A stretch of 64,000 nt of DNA from Myxococcota bacterium (GTDB lineage Bacteria; Myxococcota_A; SURF-8). The stretch covers positions 2,976,001 to 3,040,000 of the forward strand of contig OZ223209.1 of NCBI GenBank assembly GCA_965140415.1. Direction: 5' to 3'. Below the pieces are notes generated by a model that saw nothing but the letters and a program-made list of their open reading frames with translations, was not told where the DNA came from and ran no database searches. Made by a program: the position numbers and the translations under genes. This document shows, in pieces, positions 9,570-19,949 of this stretch (within the stretch, counting starts at the first letter, position 1; each line of letters starts with the position of its first letter).

Positions 9570-10328
9570 CTAGAAGTCGTATTCCACAGAGGAAGCCATT
9601 GTAATAACTTCGTTTTCCGGGCTATCAGAAACGAACGAGTAGACCATGTTGTTTCGTTTCCACAAAACGACATTCAAGCCGTTTTTATTAGTGACCCAGA
9701 ACTCTCGATTGTTGACAACCTTGCGAATGCCACCGGATGTTTCTGACGGATCTTCTTCAGCAGGAGCTGCAACCAGCGAACAACGCCGTCCGTTGATGTT
9801 ATAAGAGAGGTAAACAGCAGGTGCATCCTTCACGCTGGTGATGCGTCCACCTTCCAACTGGATACCTGCTTTTTTGAAGCGAGGCACATGCATGGCGTAG
9901 TTGACGCGTTGCTGTAAGTAGGATTGTACGGTTTGAAGGTCATTGGATTGCACGTCGAAAGGCAGATTTCGTAAATGTCTGGAAATACTGGCTTCAACGA
10001 TCGGAGAGGAAACCTCGATCCTCGGGAAAAAGAAAATGCCGAAGAATACCAAAATGATGGCCATCGCCGGAGCGTAACGTAACGCCACCGGAGTGTTACG
10101 ACTACGTTCCTGGCTGATCAGGTGACGGACTTCCATCCCCAGGCTTTGGGGTGCTTGGTATTGAGGAAGAGATTGTTTCATCCCTTTCTTGAACCATACA
10201 TGAAAGGCCACTTTTTTCTGGCAGGCGGGGCAGAACTTAAAGTGCTGCTCGATTTCCGTCTCTTCCAGATCACTGAATTCTCCATCTACGTACGTATGGA
10301 GATAGCGTTCAACATCACGGCAATTCAT
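9570..10328 (-). CDS. Transmembrane anti-sigma factor with zf-HC2 (ZAS) domain
   Basis: MNC..V...L..YVDGE...H...C..C (HFKFCPAC), then a TM helix and periplasmic domain; overlaps the sigma stop codon. Confidence 0.88.
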   Translation of the reverse strand: MNCRDVERYLHTYVDGEFSDLEETEIEQHFKFCPACQKKVAFHVWFKKGMKQSLPQYQAPQSLGMEVRHLISQERSRNTPVALRYAPAMAIILVFFGIFFFPRIEVSSPIVEASISRHLRNLPFDVQSNDLQTVQSYLQQRVNYAMHVPRFKKAGIQLEGGRITSVKDAPAVYLSYNINGRRCSLVAAPAEEDPSETSGGIRKVVNNREFWVTNKNGLNVVLWKRNNMVYSFVSDSPENEVITMASSVEYDF

Positions 10329-10972
10329 TGTCCGCCAACTCCTTTCTTCTTTCGTTCCACAATGGAAGTCACTGTTTTTTCTTCTAACTTGTCCTTATTA
10401 ACTTTTATTACACCTTCGCGGATTGCGTATTCCCTTAGCGAAGATTGCAGTTGGTTGCGACCTCTAGCGAGGCGTGACATCACGGTTCCAATTGGACAGC
10501 CAACGATTTCTGCTACCTCCGCATAAGAGAAATCCTGCAAATCCACCAGTTCAACTACGGTGCGGAAAGGTTCCGCCAACTCATCGAACGCTCGTTTCAC
10601 TTCATCTGAAAGATCATCCGTGAAAGATTGATGTTGACGACTGAAATTGGATTCCGACCAGTCATCGACAAACCGATCTTCAATTTCAGAGAAGTCATAG
10701 GAATGCTCAACCAACTGTTTTTCCCTCTTGTTTCGGTGATATTGGTTGATAAAGGTGTTCATCATGATCTTGAATAACCACGCTTTCCTATTGCTTCCGG
10801 GAGCGAAACTTTTCCTGGCTTTATATGCTTTCAAAATCGCTTCCTGTACCAAGTCTTCTGCGTTTGCCGGGTCTTTCGTCAAACGCATGGCAGTCGCGTA
10901 CAACGGATCCAGAAATTCCAGGATCTCTTTAGTAAAACTGTCTTTCGAACGCCAGAATTGGAAGCTCAGCAT
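10325..10972 (-). CDS. ECF RNA polymerase sigma factor (SigR/SigH-like)
   Basis: LY..A.RLT....AEDLVQE, F.PGSN.KAWLF.I..NTFIN, SY.EVAEI.GCPIGTVMSRL.RGR. Confidence 0.9.
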   Translation of the reverse strand: MLSFQFWRSKDSFTKEILEFLDPLYATAMRLTKDPANAEDLVQEAILKAYKARKSFAPGSNRKAWLFKIMMNTFINQYHRNKREKQLVEHSYDFSEIEDRFVDDWSESNFSRQHQSFTDDLSDEVKRAFDELAEPFRTVVELVDLQDFSYAEVAEIVGCPIGTVMSRLARGRNQLQSSLREYAIREGVIKVNKDKLEEKTVTSIVERKKKGVGGQ

Positions 10973-11010
10973 GCTATCGTTCCTTCCAACATAACCTCTT
11001 GCTTACCTGT

Positions 11011-11036
11011 AACCACACGATGCGTGGCTTTATTCC
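11011..11036 (-). promoter_or_regulatory. Putative autoregulatory ECF promoter GGAAT-N18-GTT
   Basis: The minus strand reads GGAAT aaagccacgcatcgtgtg GTT (18-nt spacer), 38 nt upstream of the sigma ATG. This matches the SigR/SigH-type consensus. Confidence 0.7.
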
Positions 11037-11096
11037 CGATTGTCAAGATGTTTTGCATTTTGTTGAGAATTGATGAGTGGTTTTCATCTTTCTTTG

Positions 11097-14000
11097 CTAC
11101 TTCAGCTCATCTTCATTCTCATTAGAGGTCAAACCCTCAAGTTGTATTTCTCTTCCTTGAATGATTTCGCTTGTGCTGCGCATCTTGAACAAGCGTCTAA
11201 ATGCGTTTACCCAATCGTCTGCTATCGAATAAGTGCATGGAATGACAAATAAAGTCAAGAACGTAGCGAACGCCAGACCCCAGCAGATGCAGATCGCCAT
11301 CGGTTGCCAGGTTTTACTGGCCCCAGCAACACCAATCGCCATAGGTAGCAGACCTGCTATTGTGGTTAAAGTTGTCAATAATATCGGGCGCATACGTCTT
11401 GTACCGGAAATGATCAAGGCATCGTATCGCTTCATTCCTGTTGCTCGGGCACGGTTGATGAAATCAACCAACACAAGGGAATCATTCACAACGACCCCGG
11501 ATAGAGCGACGACCGAAATGGCGGCAACAATCGAAAACGTCAAATTCTGAACGATCAACCCAATTGCAACACCTATCAAAGAGAAGGGCACCGTATACAT
11601 TACGATCATTGGTTGAGTGAAAGACTGGAATTGCGTTCCCAAAATGAGATAGATGATGACAAGAGCCACAACAAAAGCTTGAAGCAATGACTTAAAGCTC
11701 TTTTGCTGTTCCTCGGCTTCTCCACCGAATTCAACCTTATATCCGGGATAACGCTCGCTGAATGTTTCATATTTCTTGCGCATGATGCGGTTGGCTTCAT
11801 CGGAATTGACATCGACCTGGTTGACATTGGCGGTCACAGTGATCGTTCGTTTGGCATTGCGACGACTGATGGAGGTCGGTCCTTTCTGAATGACGAATTC
11901 TCCAATTTCTGACAGTTGCACTGCAATACCTAACGGAGTATGAATCACCATCTTTTTCAGATCCTCAACGTCGTCGCGGTCGCTTTCTTTGTATTCGACC
12001 ATGACCTTGACTTCATCTCCTTCGGAATCTCTAAAGGAAGTCGCTTCCAATCCATCGATGGCCGTGCGCATGAATGTCGACAAGGCAACAACGGAGAGCC
12101 CATAGGAACTCATTTTGTCCCGGTCCGGCAAGAAACGGATTTCCTGTTTGCCACTGCTGTAACTCGATTCGATATCCGTAACGCCTTTGATCGCCTTCAA
12201 ATCATCGATTATTCGTTCTGAGTGTCGAATCAGATTGTCAAGGTCATCACCTGCGACTCGCATTTCAATGGGAGATCCGGTAGGCGGACCACTGGAATCC
12301 TTGGAAAAACGGGCACTTTCGATTTCCGGAATCGTTGTAAACCGTTTGCGGATGTCATTTTTGATCAGGTCGTTGTCACGGCGCTTGTCGCTGTCTCCCA
12401 TCTCAAATAGAAGCATTCCACCATTGGTGCGTTTGAGCCAGCGTTCACCGTCGATGATATAGCCGACGATGGCAATAACCGAGTTGATGTCATCTTTTGA
12501 AATGTCCGAACACCTCTGTTCGATCTGATTGATAATACGATCCGTTTCTTCCAATTGGGTGCCGGTCGGGAGTTGGACGATCAGCCATTCCGTAGACGAT
12601 TCTTCCTGTGGAAACATTTCGATACGCAGCACTTTCGCCGCGGCGACCGTAATTAGAATTGTGGCGATTAAAATGCCGATCGTTACCATGTAACGATGAC
12701 GAAGGAAGAACGCGATCTGTTTTTTGTAAGTGCTTTCCAGCCAGGCATAAAGGCGATCACCAAGTCTAGTTCCACTCGCTTTTGGAAGTTTACCGAAATC
12801 GGCAAGATGGGACGGGAGAACGACCAGGGATTGAATGAGCGAGCCGATAAGAGCCACCGTTACGACAATAGGAAGTACGGCCAGGAATTTGCCGACATCG
12901 CCCTCCATTAACAAAAGGGGGAGAAAGGCAGCGATAGTGGTTACAACTGCGGCAACAACTGGCCACATTACTTCTTCGGCGCCTTCGATGGCTGCCTTGA
13001 GAGCAGGCTTGCCCTGTTCCATGTGATGGTACACATTTTCAATGATGATGATGGCATCATCAACGACCATACCAAGCACCAGAATAAACGCAAAAAGGGA
13101 CAGGGAATTGATCGTTCCGCCGGTAACGTCCAGGAAAATAAAAGACGTTAAGAATGCAAAGGGAATTCCAATGATCGCCAGAATGGCGCTTCGGTATCCG
13201 ATCAGCAATGTCATTAAGATCGCGACCAGCAATAAACCTGTGATGGCATTGGAGGTTAGTACATTGATGCTTTCTCGCACCGGGATGGAATTGTCGTTTC
13301 GGATAGACAATTCCAGATCGGGAACCCGTTTTTGAAACTTCTCAACGAGATCCCGGATTTCATCTACGGCGGTAACGATCGACGCTTCTTTTTTCATGTA
13401 AGCGCGCAGGTAGACCGATGGTTTTCCGTTCAGGCGGGTAATGGATTCATCTTTTTCAAATGTGTCGTTGATGGTTGCAACGTCTTTTACTCGCAACGTG
13501 CCGCCTTCCATGCTAGCACGCAAAATAACATCTCCAATATCGTTTGCGTTTTCCAACTCGGAAATGGATCGGACCAGGAATTCCTGCCGTCCCATCGAAA
13601 GCCGACCGGCGGGGAGGTTGGCATTCCCCATTTGAATCGCTGCAACGATATCTTGCAGGGCGATACCGTGGGCTTCCAGCAGGGCGCGATCCGATTCGAC
13701 TCTGAATTCTCGTTTGCGCAGTCCGCTGATATCCATCTTGGCAATACTATCAAGATCCAGGATTTCGTCGCGTAACGATTTCGCAAGTTTGTTTAGGCCT
13801 TTTGTCGAATAATCGCCGCCCATCGCAATGCCGACAATCGGCCAGATCTCATTCGTACTGATTTTAATGTAAAAGATGTTGTCCTGTGCATCATCAGGCA
13901 GATCGGTCTTGATTTTATCGACTTCCGTTTTCAAATCCAGGAAGCTTTGGTCGAAGTTTTTCAGGCCGGCTTCATAACGAATAAACACCACGGAGCGGCC

Positions 14001-14258
14001 TTCTTCGGATCTGGAATTGATGAAGTCGATGTCCGATAGGTTTCGGACCTGCTCTTCAACCGGCAAGGTGATCAGCTTTTCAACATCATCCGGAGAAGCC
14101 CCCGGATATGCGATGATCACCAGCGCCATATCCAGATCGATAGAAGGATTGTTTTCCTGGGGCATCTGCATCAATACGAAAATGCCTGCCACCAGAATGG
14201 CAATCATCAACATATTTACGAGCACGGGCTGCCGTGCGAAAAAGCGTGGAATGGACAT
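11097..14258 (-). CDS. RND efflux transporter permease (AcrB/AcrD/AcrF family)
   Basis: 1053 aa; YPGASP..VE..IT.P.E, GMVVDDAIIIIEN, GVVVNDSLVLVDF, RMRPILLTTLTTIAGLLP. Confidence 0.92.
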   Translation of the reverse strand: MSIPRFFARQPVLVNMLMIAILVAGIFVLMQMPQENNPSIDLDMALVIIAYPGASPDDVEKLITLPVEEQVRNLSDIDFINSRSEEGRSVVFIRYEAGLKNFDQSFLDLKTEVDKIKTDLPDDAQDNIFYIKISTNEIWPIVGIAMGGDYSTKGLNKLAKSLRDEILDLDSIAKMDISGLRKREFRVESDRALLEAHGIALQDIVAAIQMGNANLPAGRLSMGRQEFLVRSISELENANDIGDVILRASMEGGTLRVKDVATINDTFEKDESITRLNGKPSVYLRAYMKKEASIVTAVDEIRDLVEKFQKRVPDLELSIRNDNSIPVRESINVLTSNAITGLLLVAILMTLLIGYRSAILAIIGIPFAFLTSFIFLDVTGGTINSLSLFAFILVLGMVVDDAIIIIENVYHHMEQGKPALKAAIEGAEEVMWPVVAAVVTTIAAFLPLLLMEGDVGKFLAVLPIVVTVALIGSLIQSLVVLPSHLADFGKLPKASGTRLGDRLYAWLESTYKKQIAFFLRHRYMVTIGILIATILITVAAAKVLRIEMFPQEESSTEWLIVQLPTGTQLEETDRIINQIEQRCSDISKDDINSVIAIVGYIIDGERWLKRTNGGMLLFEMGDSDKRRDNDLIKNDIRKRFTTIPEIESARFSKDSSGPPTGSPIEMRVAGDDLDNLIRHSERIIDDLKAIKGVTDIESSYSSGKQEIRFLPDRDKMSSYGLSVVALSTFMRTAIDGLEATSFRDSEGDEVKVMVEYKESDRDDVEDLKKMVIHTPLGIAVQLSEIGEFVIQKGPTSISRRNAKRTITVTANVNQVDVNSDEANRIMRKKYETFSERYPGYKVEFGGEAEEQQKSFKSLLQAFVVALVIIYLILGTQFQSFTQPMIVMYTVPFSLIGVAIGLIVQNLTFSIVAAISVVALSGVVVNDSLVLVDFINRARATGMKRYDALIISGTRRMRPILLTTLTTIAGLLPMAIGVAGASKTWQPMAICICWGLAFATFLTLFVIPCTYSIADDWVNAFRRLFKMRSTSEIIQGREIQLEGLTSNENEDELK

Positions 14259-14261
14259 GAG

Positions 14262-15368
14262 TTACTCCACTACCTGAACGCTGGATTGATCGGAAAGGTT
14301 GTGCTGGCCGCTAATCACCAGTGAGTCGCCATCTTTCACGCCTTCTTTAAGCAGGACGCGCTTACCGATTTTCGGACCAAGTTTGACTTCTCGTTCATGC
14401 GCTGTTCCATCTTCAACCACGAAGACATAGTAGCGATCGAAGCGCTCTATCAGCAACTCGATGGGGAAGAACACACCTTCAATCGGCTCCCCAATGGGAA
14501 TTGATACGCGCACGGCCATGCCGATCCTCAAATCTTCAACGGAATTGTCAATCGTCAGTTCGACCGGGTAACTCATGGTTGGTTTTAATGCTTTTACTCC
14601 GATGCTAGTGACGGTTGCCGTTATCGGTTCGCCTTGCTGCGATTGAATGTTAAGGCTGGCTTTGCGTCCAGTGCGAAGCAGGCCGATGACATCTTCTCCA
14701 ACCCCGACCTGGACTTTCAACTTACTGCGATCCACGATCTGCGCGACAGGAGTTGCTGGTGCCACAGTGTCGCCAAATTTAACCAGTTTCGAGGCGATTT
14801 CTCCAGCAAATGGTGCTCGAATGGATGACTTTCGCAGGGCGCGTTCGGCCTGCTGCAAGCCCGCCTGTGTGGCCGTATTGGCCGCTTGTGCTTGTGCCAG
14901 GGCCAACTTGGCCTGGTCGAACTGACTTTCGCTCACATCCTTGGAATTGAACAACTGCTCAATACGGTTGAATTCCAATTCGGCCTGTTTCAATGCCGCA
15001 CTGGATTGTGCATGCTGGGCTTTGGCCTGCTTGACTTGAATCTGGTAGGGTTCCGGATCAACGGAGAGCAGGACATCACCTTTTTTTACTTTCTGCCCCA
15101 GATCGAATTTTAAGGAAACGATCTGTCCGCTGGTTTCCGAAATCAGGATGACGTCTCGGTCTGAAGTAATAACACCGCTGGCTTCGACAACCTGATAAAG
15201 GGATTCCGTTTTCTCCGTAGCAATACGCACGGGTTCCACCTTACCGGTTGCACCTTCGTTTTCCTGGTCGGAATCTCCGCTATTGGAAGAGGGCTTGGAG
15301 GAACAGGTGCAAAGCAAGAATAGCAACATGAATACGAACAAGGTCGTTTTCATTTTCCAGCCGATCAT
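14262..15368 (-). CDS. RND periplasmic adaptor (membrane fusion) lipoprotein
   Basis: Lipobox LCTC; G..VKKGDVL, coiled hairpin, IRAPFAG, GM.V.V. ATG 15368 is chosen for its AAGGAAG RBS. Confidence 0.88.
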   Translation of the reverse strand: MIGWKMKTTLFVFMLLFLLCTCSSKPSSNSGDSDQENEGATGKVEPVRIATEKTESLYQVVEASGVITSDRDVILISETSGQIVSLKFDLGQKVKKGDVLLSVDPEPYQIQVKQAKAQHAQSSAALKQAELEFNRIEQLFNSKDVSESQFDQAKLALAQAQAANTATQAGLQQAERALRKSSIRAPFAGEIASKLVKFGDTVAPATPVAQIVDRSKLKVQVGVGEDVIGLLRTGRKASLNIQSQQGEPITATVTSIGVKALKPTMSYPVELTIDNSVEDLRIGMAVRVSIPIGEPIEGVFFPIELLIERFDRYYVFVVEDGTAHEREVKLGPKIGKRVLLKEGVKDGDSLVISGQHNLSDQSSVQVVE

Positions 15369-15435
15369 AATGACTTCCTTTCTCGGCACAATATCAAAAC
15401 ATGTGTTTTCCAGTATTCAATAAAAACGGAACAAG

Positions 15436-16499
15436 TCAAGAAAAGGGAAACTGCTTGATATATACATCCTGCTTAGAATACGGGATTTCGATGTCGGCCT
15501 TGTTCAGTTCCGTGTAAATCTTCGTCAATAATATGTCAATCACACGGCCTTTGAATACGGGTTGCTCGATCCAAACTCGTAGCTGAAAATCCAGCGCCGA
15601 ATCGCCAAAGGAAACGAATCGTACGGAAGGTTCCGGCTCTGGGCTGATATGCTCAATGTCCTGTGCGCAAACAAGAAGAATGCGCTTAACTTTGTCGGGG
15701 TCGCTGCCGTAAGCCACTGGAACCGGGATGCGCAGGCGCATCTTTTCAAAACGTCCGCCGGTTTCGTTTATAATCTTGCTATTGCCAATGACAGCATTGG
15801 AATCGTCACTTCGATATCGTCGCGGGTTAAGATGCGTGTCGAACGTAGACCGATCTGTGTAACTTTTCCCCGTTCGTTTCCTTTTTCCAAAATGATAAAA
15901 TCCCCGATCTTGTAGGGGCGGTCGGTGACGATGAACAATCCTGCGAAGAGGTTCGCCAGCGTATCTTTGGCAGCGAAACCAACGGCGATACCAACGATGC
16001 CGGCAGAAGCCAGCCAGCCAGTAACATCGATGTTCCAGGCAACAAGGGCGAAATAGGCGATGCCGCCAACGACAATGGTTTTTACCAGGATCTGAAATAA
16101 GGGCAGGGTGCTCGGTTGTATGAAGGTCGCCCGGTCGGAGACATTGCTCAGGATGGACAGCAACAGTTGGGCCAGCCTCATGATGGCAATGCCCCATATC
16201 AACACGGCCAGCGTTTTCAGAACGCCCATCGCAACGAACAATTCATGTTGTCCCGGATCGAGATCCAATAAGGCGTATCCCAGCCCGGAGAACAACACGG
16301 AAAGAAAGACCGGTCCGCCAAGAATCTGGAAAATCCGGTCGTCCAGATCGGTAGCGGTTTTACGCGTTAAAAGCTTTAATAGACCGTTAATGAAATACTT
16401 GAGAAACAGCGCCAGTACAAACGTAGCGAAAAGAATCGTGAGAAAACGCACTCCGGGGTGCGTTCCATAGGTTTCGATTAGCTGGTTGAGTTGCTCCAT
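15436..16499 (-). pseudogene. mscS: MscS-family mechanosensitive channel, split by a single-base deletion at about 15797-15800
   Basis: The N-terminal frame has GFAAKDTLAN..G....DRPYKIGD..IGLRSTRI..EVTIP. The continuation NAVIGNSKIINE..V.VAYGSD..F..FGDSALDF is in another frame, and the junction reads att-cc-aat. Confidence 0.75.
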
Positions 16500-16553
16500 T
16501 CCAACAGCTTCCTTTCAACAATATCATGATGCACGCAGTGTCGCGATCAAGCT

Positions 16554-17573
16554 TTACTTCATGGCTCCCGGTCCTTCATCCGGGAATTCCCCCGTTTGGT
16601 TATAGGCTCGTACCGCCGGTTCGAGCAGGTTGGGGAAATCGCTCTGCAATAGGAATACACCCGCCTCGATGAAATTCTTCCATCCGCTGTAATCGCCACC
16701 GATTACCAGAATATCTCCGGCGGCCATGACATCCTGCTGAACCTTCAGACCAGCCTGATTCAACTGCTGCACGAGTTCCGGCACAGGGCCGGGGGCGCTA
16801 ATTTCCACAATGCGAATACCCGGCAAAAGCTGACGGATTCCCTCTAATTCTTCAATTGAGGAAAGTGGGGCCATGACTTCGATCTGCTCGTCGTTGGCCA
16901 GCACCTCTGCCAGGCTGCTGGCACCATCGCGTACGAGAGCTACTTCGTAATACGGTCCAGCCGTAATCGCGGCGGCGACCAGATCCGAGCGGTCGGTCTT
17001 TTGATCGACGTACAACATGATGCCCACTTGTTTTGCAAGTGCAAGCGCATCTGCGAAAGTGGGGATCTTGCAGCTTTCGTCGCTACCCTCTTCGCAGTTT
17101 AGTAATGACAGGTCCTGTAACTGCGCCCAGCTCAGTTCATCCACGTACCCTGTGCCCGTTGTGGTGCGGTCCACGTCTCCATCATGCATCAGCACCAGTA
17201 TGTCGTCCTGCGTATGGCGCACGTCGATTTCGGCGAAATCGACACCGATTTCCGCTGCGGCTCGAATTGCAGCCAGCGAGTTTTCCGGCTGATGCACGTG
17301 ATAGCCTCTATGGGCGGTGACGAGCACCTGGTCGCATTCCGGGTCGATCATGCAGGCGTAAGGGGCCACCTTGTTCCATTCGTTTTCGCTCTCCTGTTCC
17401 AAGACCAGTTCGGAATCGAGATCGCCATCTATATCCGTATCTGAGGCGAGTTCTGTGTCGCCATCGGAAGAATCACTGTTCTCGTCACCGGAATCGCAAC
17501 CCGCGCAAAGCAGGAATGGGGTGATGCAGAAAAGCAAAATTGAGGATATGAAACGCAGGCTACAAAATGTCAT
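16554..17573 (-). CDS. Glycerophosphodiester phosphodiesterase family lipoprotein
   Basis: Lipobox CAGC; AHRG...PENSLAA, EIDV..T.D...VLMHD..VDRTT, IPT....L, SDFP. Confidence 0.85.
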   Translation of the reverse strand: MTFCSLRFISSILLFCITPFLLCAGCDSGDENSDSSDGDTELASDTDIDGDLDSELVLEQESENEWNKVAPYACMIDPECDQVLVTAHRGYHVHQPENSLAAIRAAAEIGVDFAEIDVRHTQDDILVLMHDGDVDRTTTGTGYVDELSWAQLQDLSLLNCEEGSDESCKIPTFADALALAKQVGIMLYVDQKTDRSDLVAAAITAGPYYEVALVRDGASSLAEVLANDEQIEVMAPLSSIEELEGIRQLLPGIRIVEISAPGPVPELVQQLNQAGLKVQQDVMAAGDILVIGGDYSGWKNFIEAGVFLLQSDFPNLLEPAVRAYNQTGEFPDEGPGAMK

Positions 17574-17999
17574 CTATCCATCTCCTGAAATGAAAGCCCC
17601 GTTCAGCATGGCTGAATGTAGGCGCCCATTATGCGACAGACCCTTTCGATTGACAAGAAAGATGTTGAGATCTTTGGAACAATTCTAAATTTTACAGAGG
17701 TTGTGATGCCAAGATGTTCGGAGGGTAGGTGGGTGAAAATGTTTGGTTTTATAAAGCCGGATATCGAATTGTTATGTCGCGAAGCATGGTCGCTCACTGC
17801 GTGACGGATTTTCCCGTAACATTTCGCCCTTTTCGCTAGAAAGTAGTTGCTTTCTGTTGCTGCTTGAGTACACTCTTCACGTTTCGCGGATTGCAGGTGA
17901 ATTCCTGCCGCGAATACAACGAAACGGCTGAAATGATGGCCATTTTCTCTTTCTTGTCGCGCGGTGTCCGCCGGGCGGCTGTTACCAAAGCGGATTGCG

Positions 18000-19949
18000 A
18001 TGACTGCACCTCTCGACTTCACATTCAAGCCATTCGAAGAAATGACCCCTGCCGATTATGAGGCCGTAGGGTTAATGAGCGGGCTGGAAATTCACCAGCA
18101 ACTCAAAACAAAACGAAAACTCTTCTGCCGTTGCCCTGCCGGGCGCTACTCGGAGCATATTGACGCGGAGATTCTGCGACACATGCGCCCTACGCTTTCC
18201 GAGTTAGGCGAGTACGACGGCACAGCGCTGATGGAATTTAAAACCAAAAAGGAGATTATTTATCTCCTAAACAACGAAACCGTCTGCACCTACGAAATGG
18301 ACGATGCGCCTCCGTTTGAAATCGACCCGGAGGCAGTGGATATTGCCATCGAAGTGGCTCTGCTTTTGAAGCTGAATACGGTCAGTGAATTGCATATCGC
18401 CAGAAAACAATATCTGGACGGTTCCATCCCGACCGGTTTTCAGCGAACGACGATTCTGGGAATCGACGGTGAAATCCCATACAAAGATCGGAAAATCGGC
18501 ATTATCCAACTCGGATTGGAAGAAGATAGCTGCCGAGAGGTTAGCGATCTGGGTCATACAATCACCTTCCGTACGGATCGCTTGGGTATGCCCTTGATCG
18601 AAACGGTCACCTATCCCGATATGAAAACGCCTCAGGAAGTAGCGGAAGTGGGCGAACTGCTGCGCCGATTGGTGCGCGCCACCGGTAAAGTGCGGCAAGG
18701 TGCAGGCGCTGCCAGACAGGATGTCAACGTCTCGATCAAAGGCGGAACCCGAATTGAAATCAAGGGGGTGCCTTCCCTGCGTCGCATTCCGCGACTGATC
18801 TACAACGAGGCCATGCGACAGCATAACCTGCTGAAAATACGAGATGAATTGCTGCGTCGCGGCATTACTGAAGAAAACCTGGATCATCGTTCGGCGGATA
18901 TTTCCGGTATCGTGCGCCGCACCAGCTATCTTCCCATTCAAAATGCGATTGAACGTGGGTTGGCAGTTGTGGCTGTAAAGCTAAAAGGATTTGGCGGAAT
19001 TCTGGCGCATCCCACCCAAGAACATACCTTCTTCGGGCAGGAGTTTTCGGATCGCGTCAAGGTTATTGCCTGTATGATGGAACATCCGAACATGCTGCAT
19101 TCCGACATGATGGACCCCGGCATCTCCCGAGGACAGTGGAATCGGATTCGCAAGAGATTGCAGGCAACTCCTGAAGACGCCATCGTGTGTGTATGGGGGT
19201 CCGAAGAGGATGTTGACACGGCAGTCAAAGAGATTGTCATCCGTGCACAGGATGCCACAAAGGGTGTTCCTTCCGAAACCCGCCAGGCTTTTCGCGATGG
19301 CACCAACGGTTTCGAGAGGATTCTTCCCGGAGCCGACCGTATGTATCCCGACACGGACGAACCTCCAATCGCGATCGACGATCGCAAGATTGCAATGATT
19401 CAAAGCGCGTTGCCGGAGTTGCCCTGGGATCGCGAAGATCGGTATATAAAGCAAGGGGTTGCAGAAAATGCCGCCCGCATGTTGGCTTATGGCGAGCTTT
19501 GTGTGTTGTTCGATGCCGTGCAGGGGCGTACCGGTTGCGACAACAAGCTTTTATCTTACACGATCCTTCATGTTGTGCGTCACTTCCTGAAAAAAGGAGC
19601 CTATCAGGGAAGACGACTGGAAGATGCTCTTTCCGAGTTGTTCCTGGCGATAAAGGAAAATCGCGTTCGAAGCGAAGCAATTCGCAGAATACTGACCGAC
19701 TATGCGACAAACGAAACGGAAAGTATGCAGGAATTGCTGGAACGCTACAGCATTACAGGATCGGAAGAAGAAGAGTTGACGCAATGGCTGCAAACCGCCA
19801 AGGAAGTTCAGGAGCAACTTTGGTCTGATGACAAGCAAGCCAGGCAGCGATATTCGATGGGACTGATCATGCATCGCATGCGAGGAAGAATCGATCCGAA
19901 TGTGGTTCAACAACGTCTGGAAACTGTGGTAGGTGCCGATCATGATTAG
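18000..19949 (+). CDS. gatE: Glu-tRNA(Gln) amidotransferase subunit E (archaeal GatDE type)
   Basis: GLEIHQQL..KLFCRC, RK..DGS..TGFQRT, LEED, DRLG.PLIE, RQDVNVSI.GG.RIEIKGV, an inserted GAD-like domain, P.ETR and PGA.RMYP.TD.PP. These are GatE rather than GatB signatures. ATG at 18000. Confidence 0.92.
   Translation: MTAPLDFTFKPFEEMTPADYEAVGLMSGLEIHQQLKTKRKLFCRCPAGRYSEHIDAEILRHMRPTLSELGEYDGTALMEFKTKKEIIYLLNNETVCTYEMDDAPPFEIDPEAVDIAIEVALLLKLNTVSELHIARKQYLDGSIPTGFQRTTILGIDGEIPYKDRKIGIIQLGLEEDSCREVSDLGHTITFRTDRLGMPLIETVTYPDMKTPQEVAEVGELLRRLVRATGKVRQGAGAARQDVNVSIKGGTRIEIKGVPSLRRIPRLIYNEAMRQHNLLKIRDELLRRGITEENLDHRSADISGIVRRTSYLPIQNAIERGLAVVAVKLKGFGGILAHPTQEHTFFGQEFSDRVKVIACMMEHPNMLHSDMMDPGISRGQWNRIRKRLQATPEDAIVCVWGSEEDVDTAVKEIVIRAQDATKGVPSETRQAFRDGTNGFERILPGADRMYPDTDEPPIAIDDRKIAMIQSALPELPWDREDRYIKQGVAENAARMLAYGELCVLFDAVQGRTGCDNKLLSYTILHVVRHFLKKGAYQGRRLEDALSELFLAIKENRVRSEAIRRILTDYATNETESMQELLERYSITGSEEEELTQWLQTAKEVQEQLWSDDKQARQRYSMGLIMHRMRGRIDPNVVQQRLETVVGADHD

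Noticed and set aside
17893-17908. tRNA or cobalamin riboswitch suggested by gcaggtgaattcctgc
   Set aside because: No cloverleaf or CCA and no B12-box were found; it is kept only as a generic hairpin.
17603-18028. 141-aa minus-strand ORF in the gatE upstream region
   Set aside because: No recognisable motifs; it overlaps the gatE start and the likely divergent promoters.
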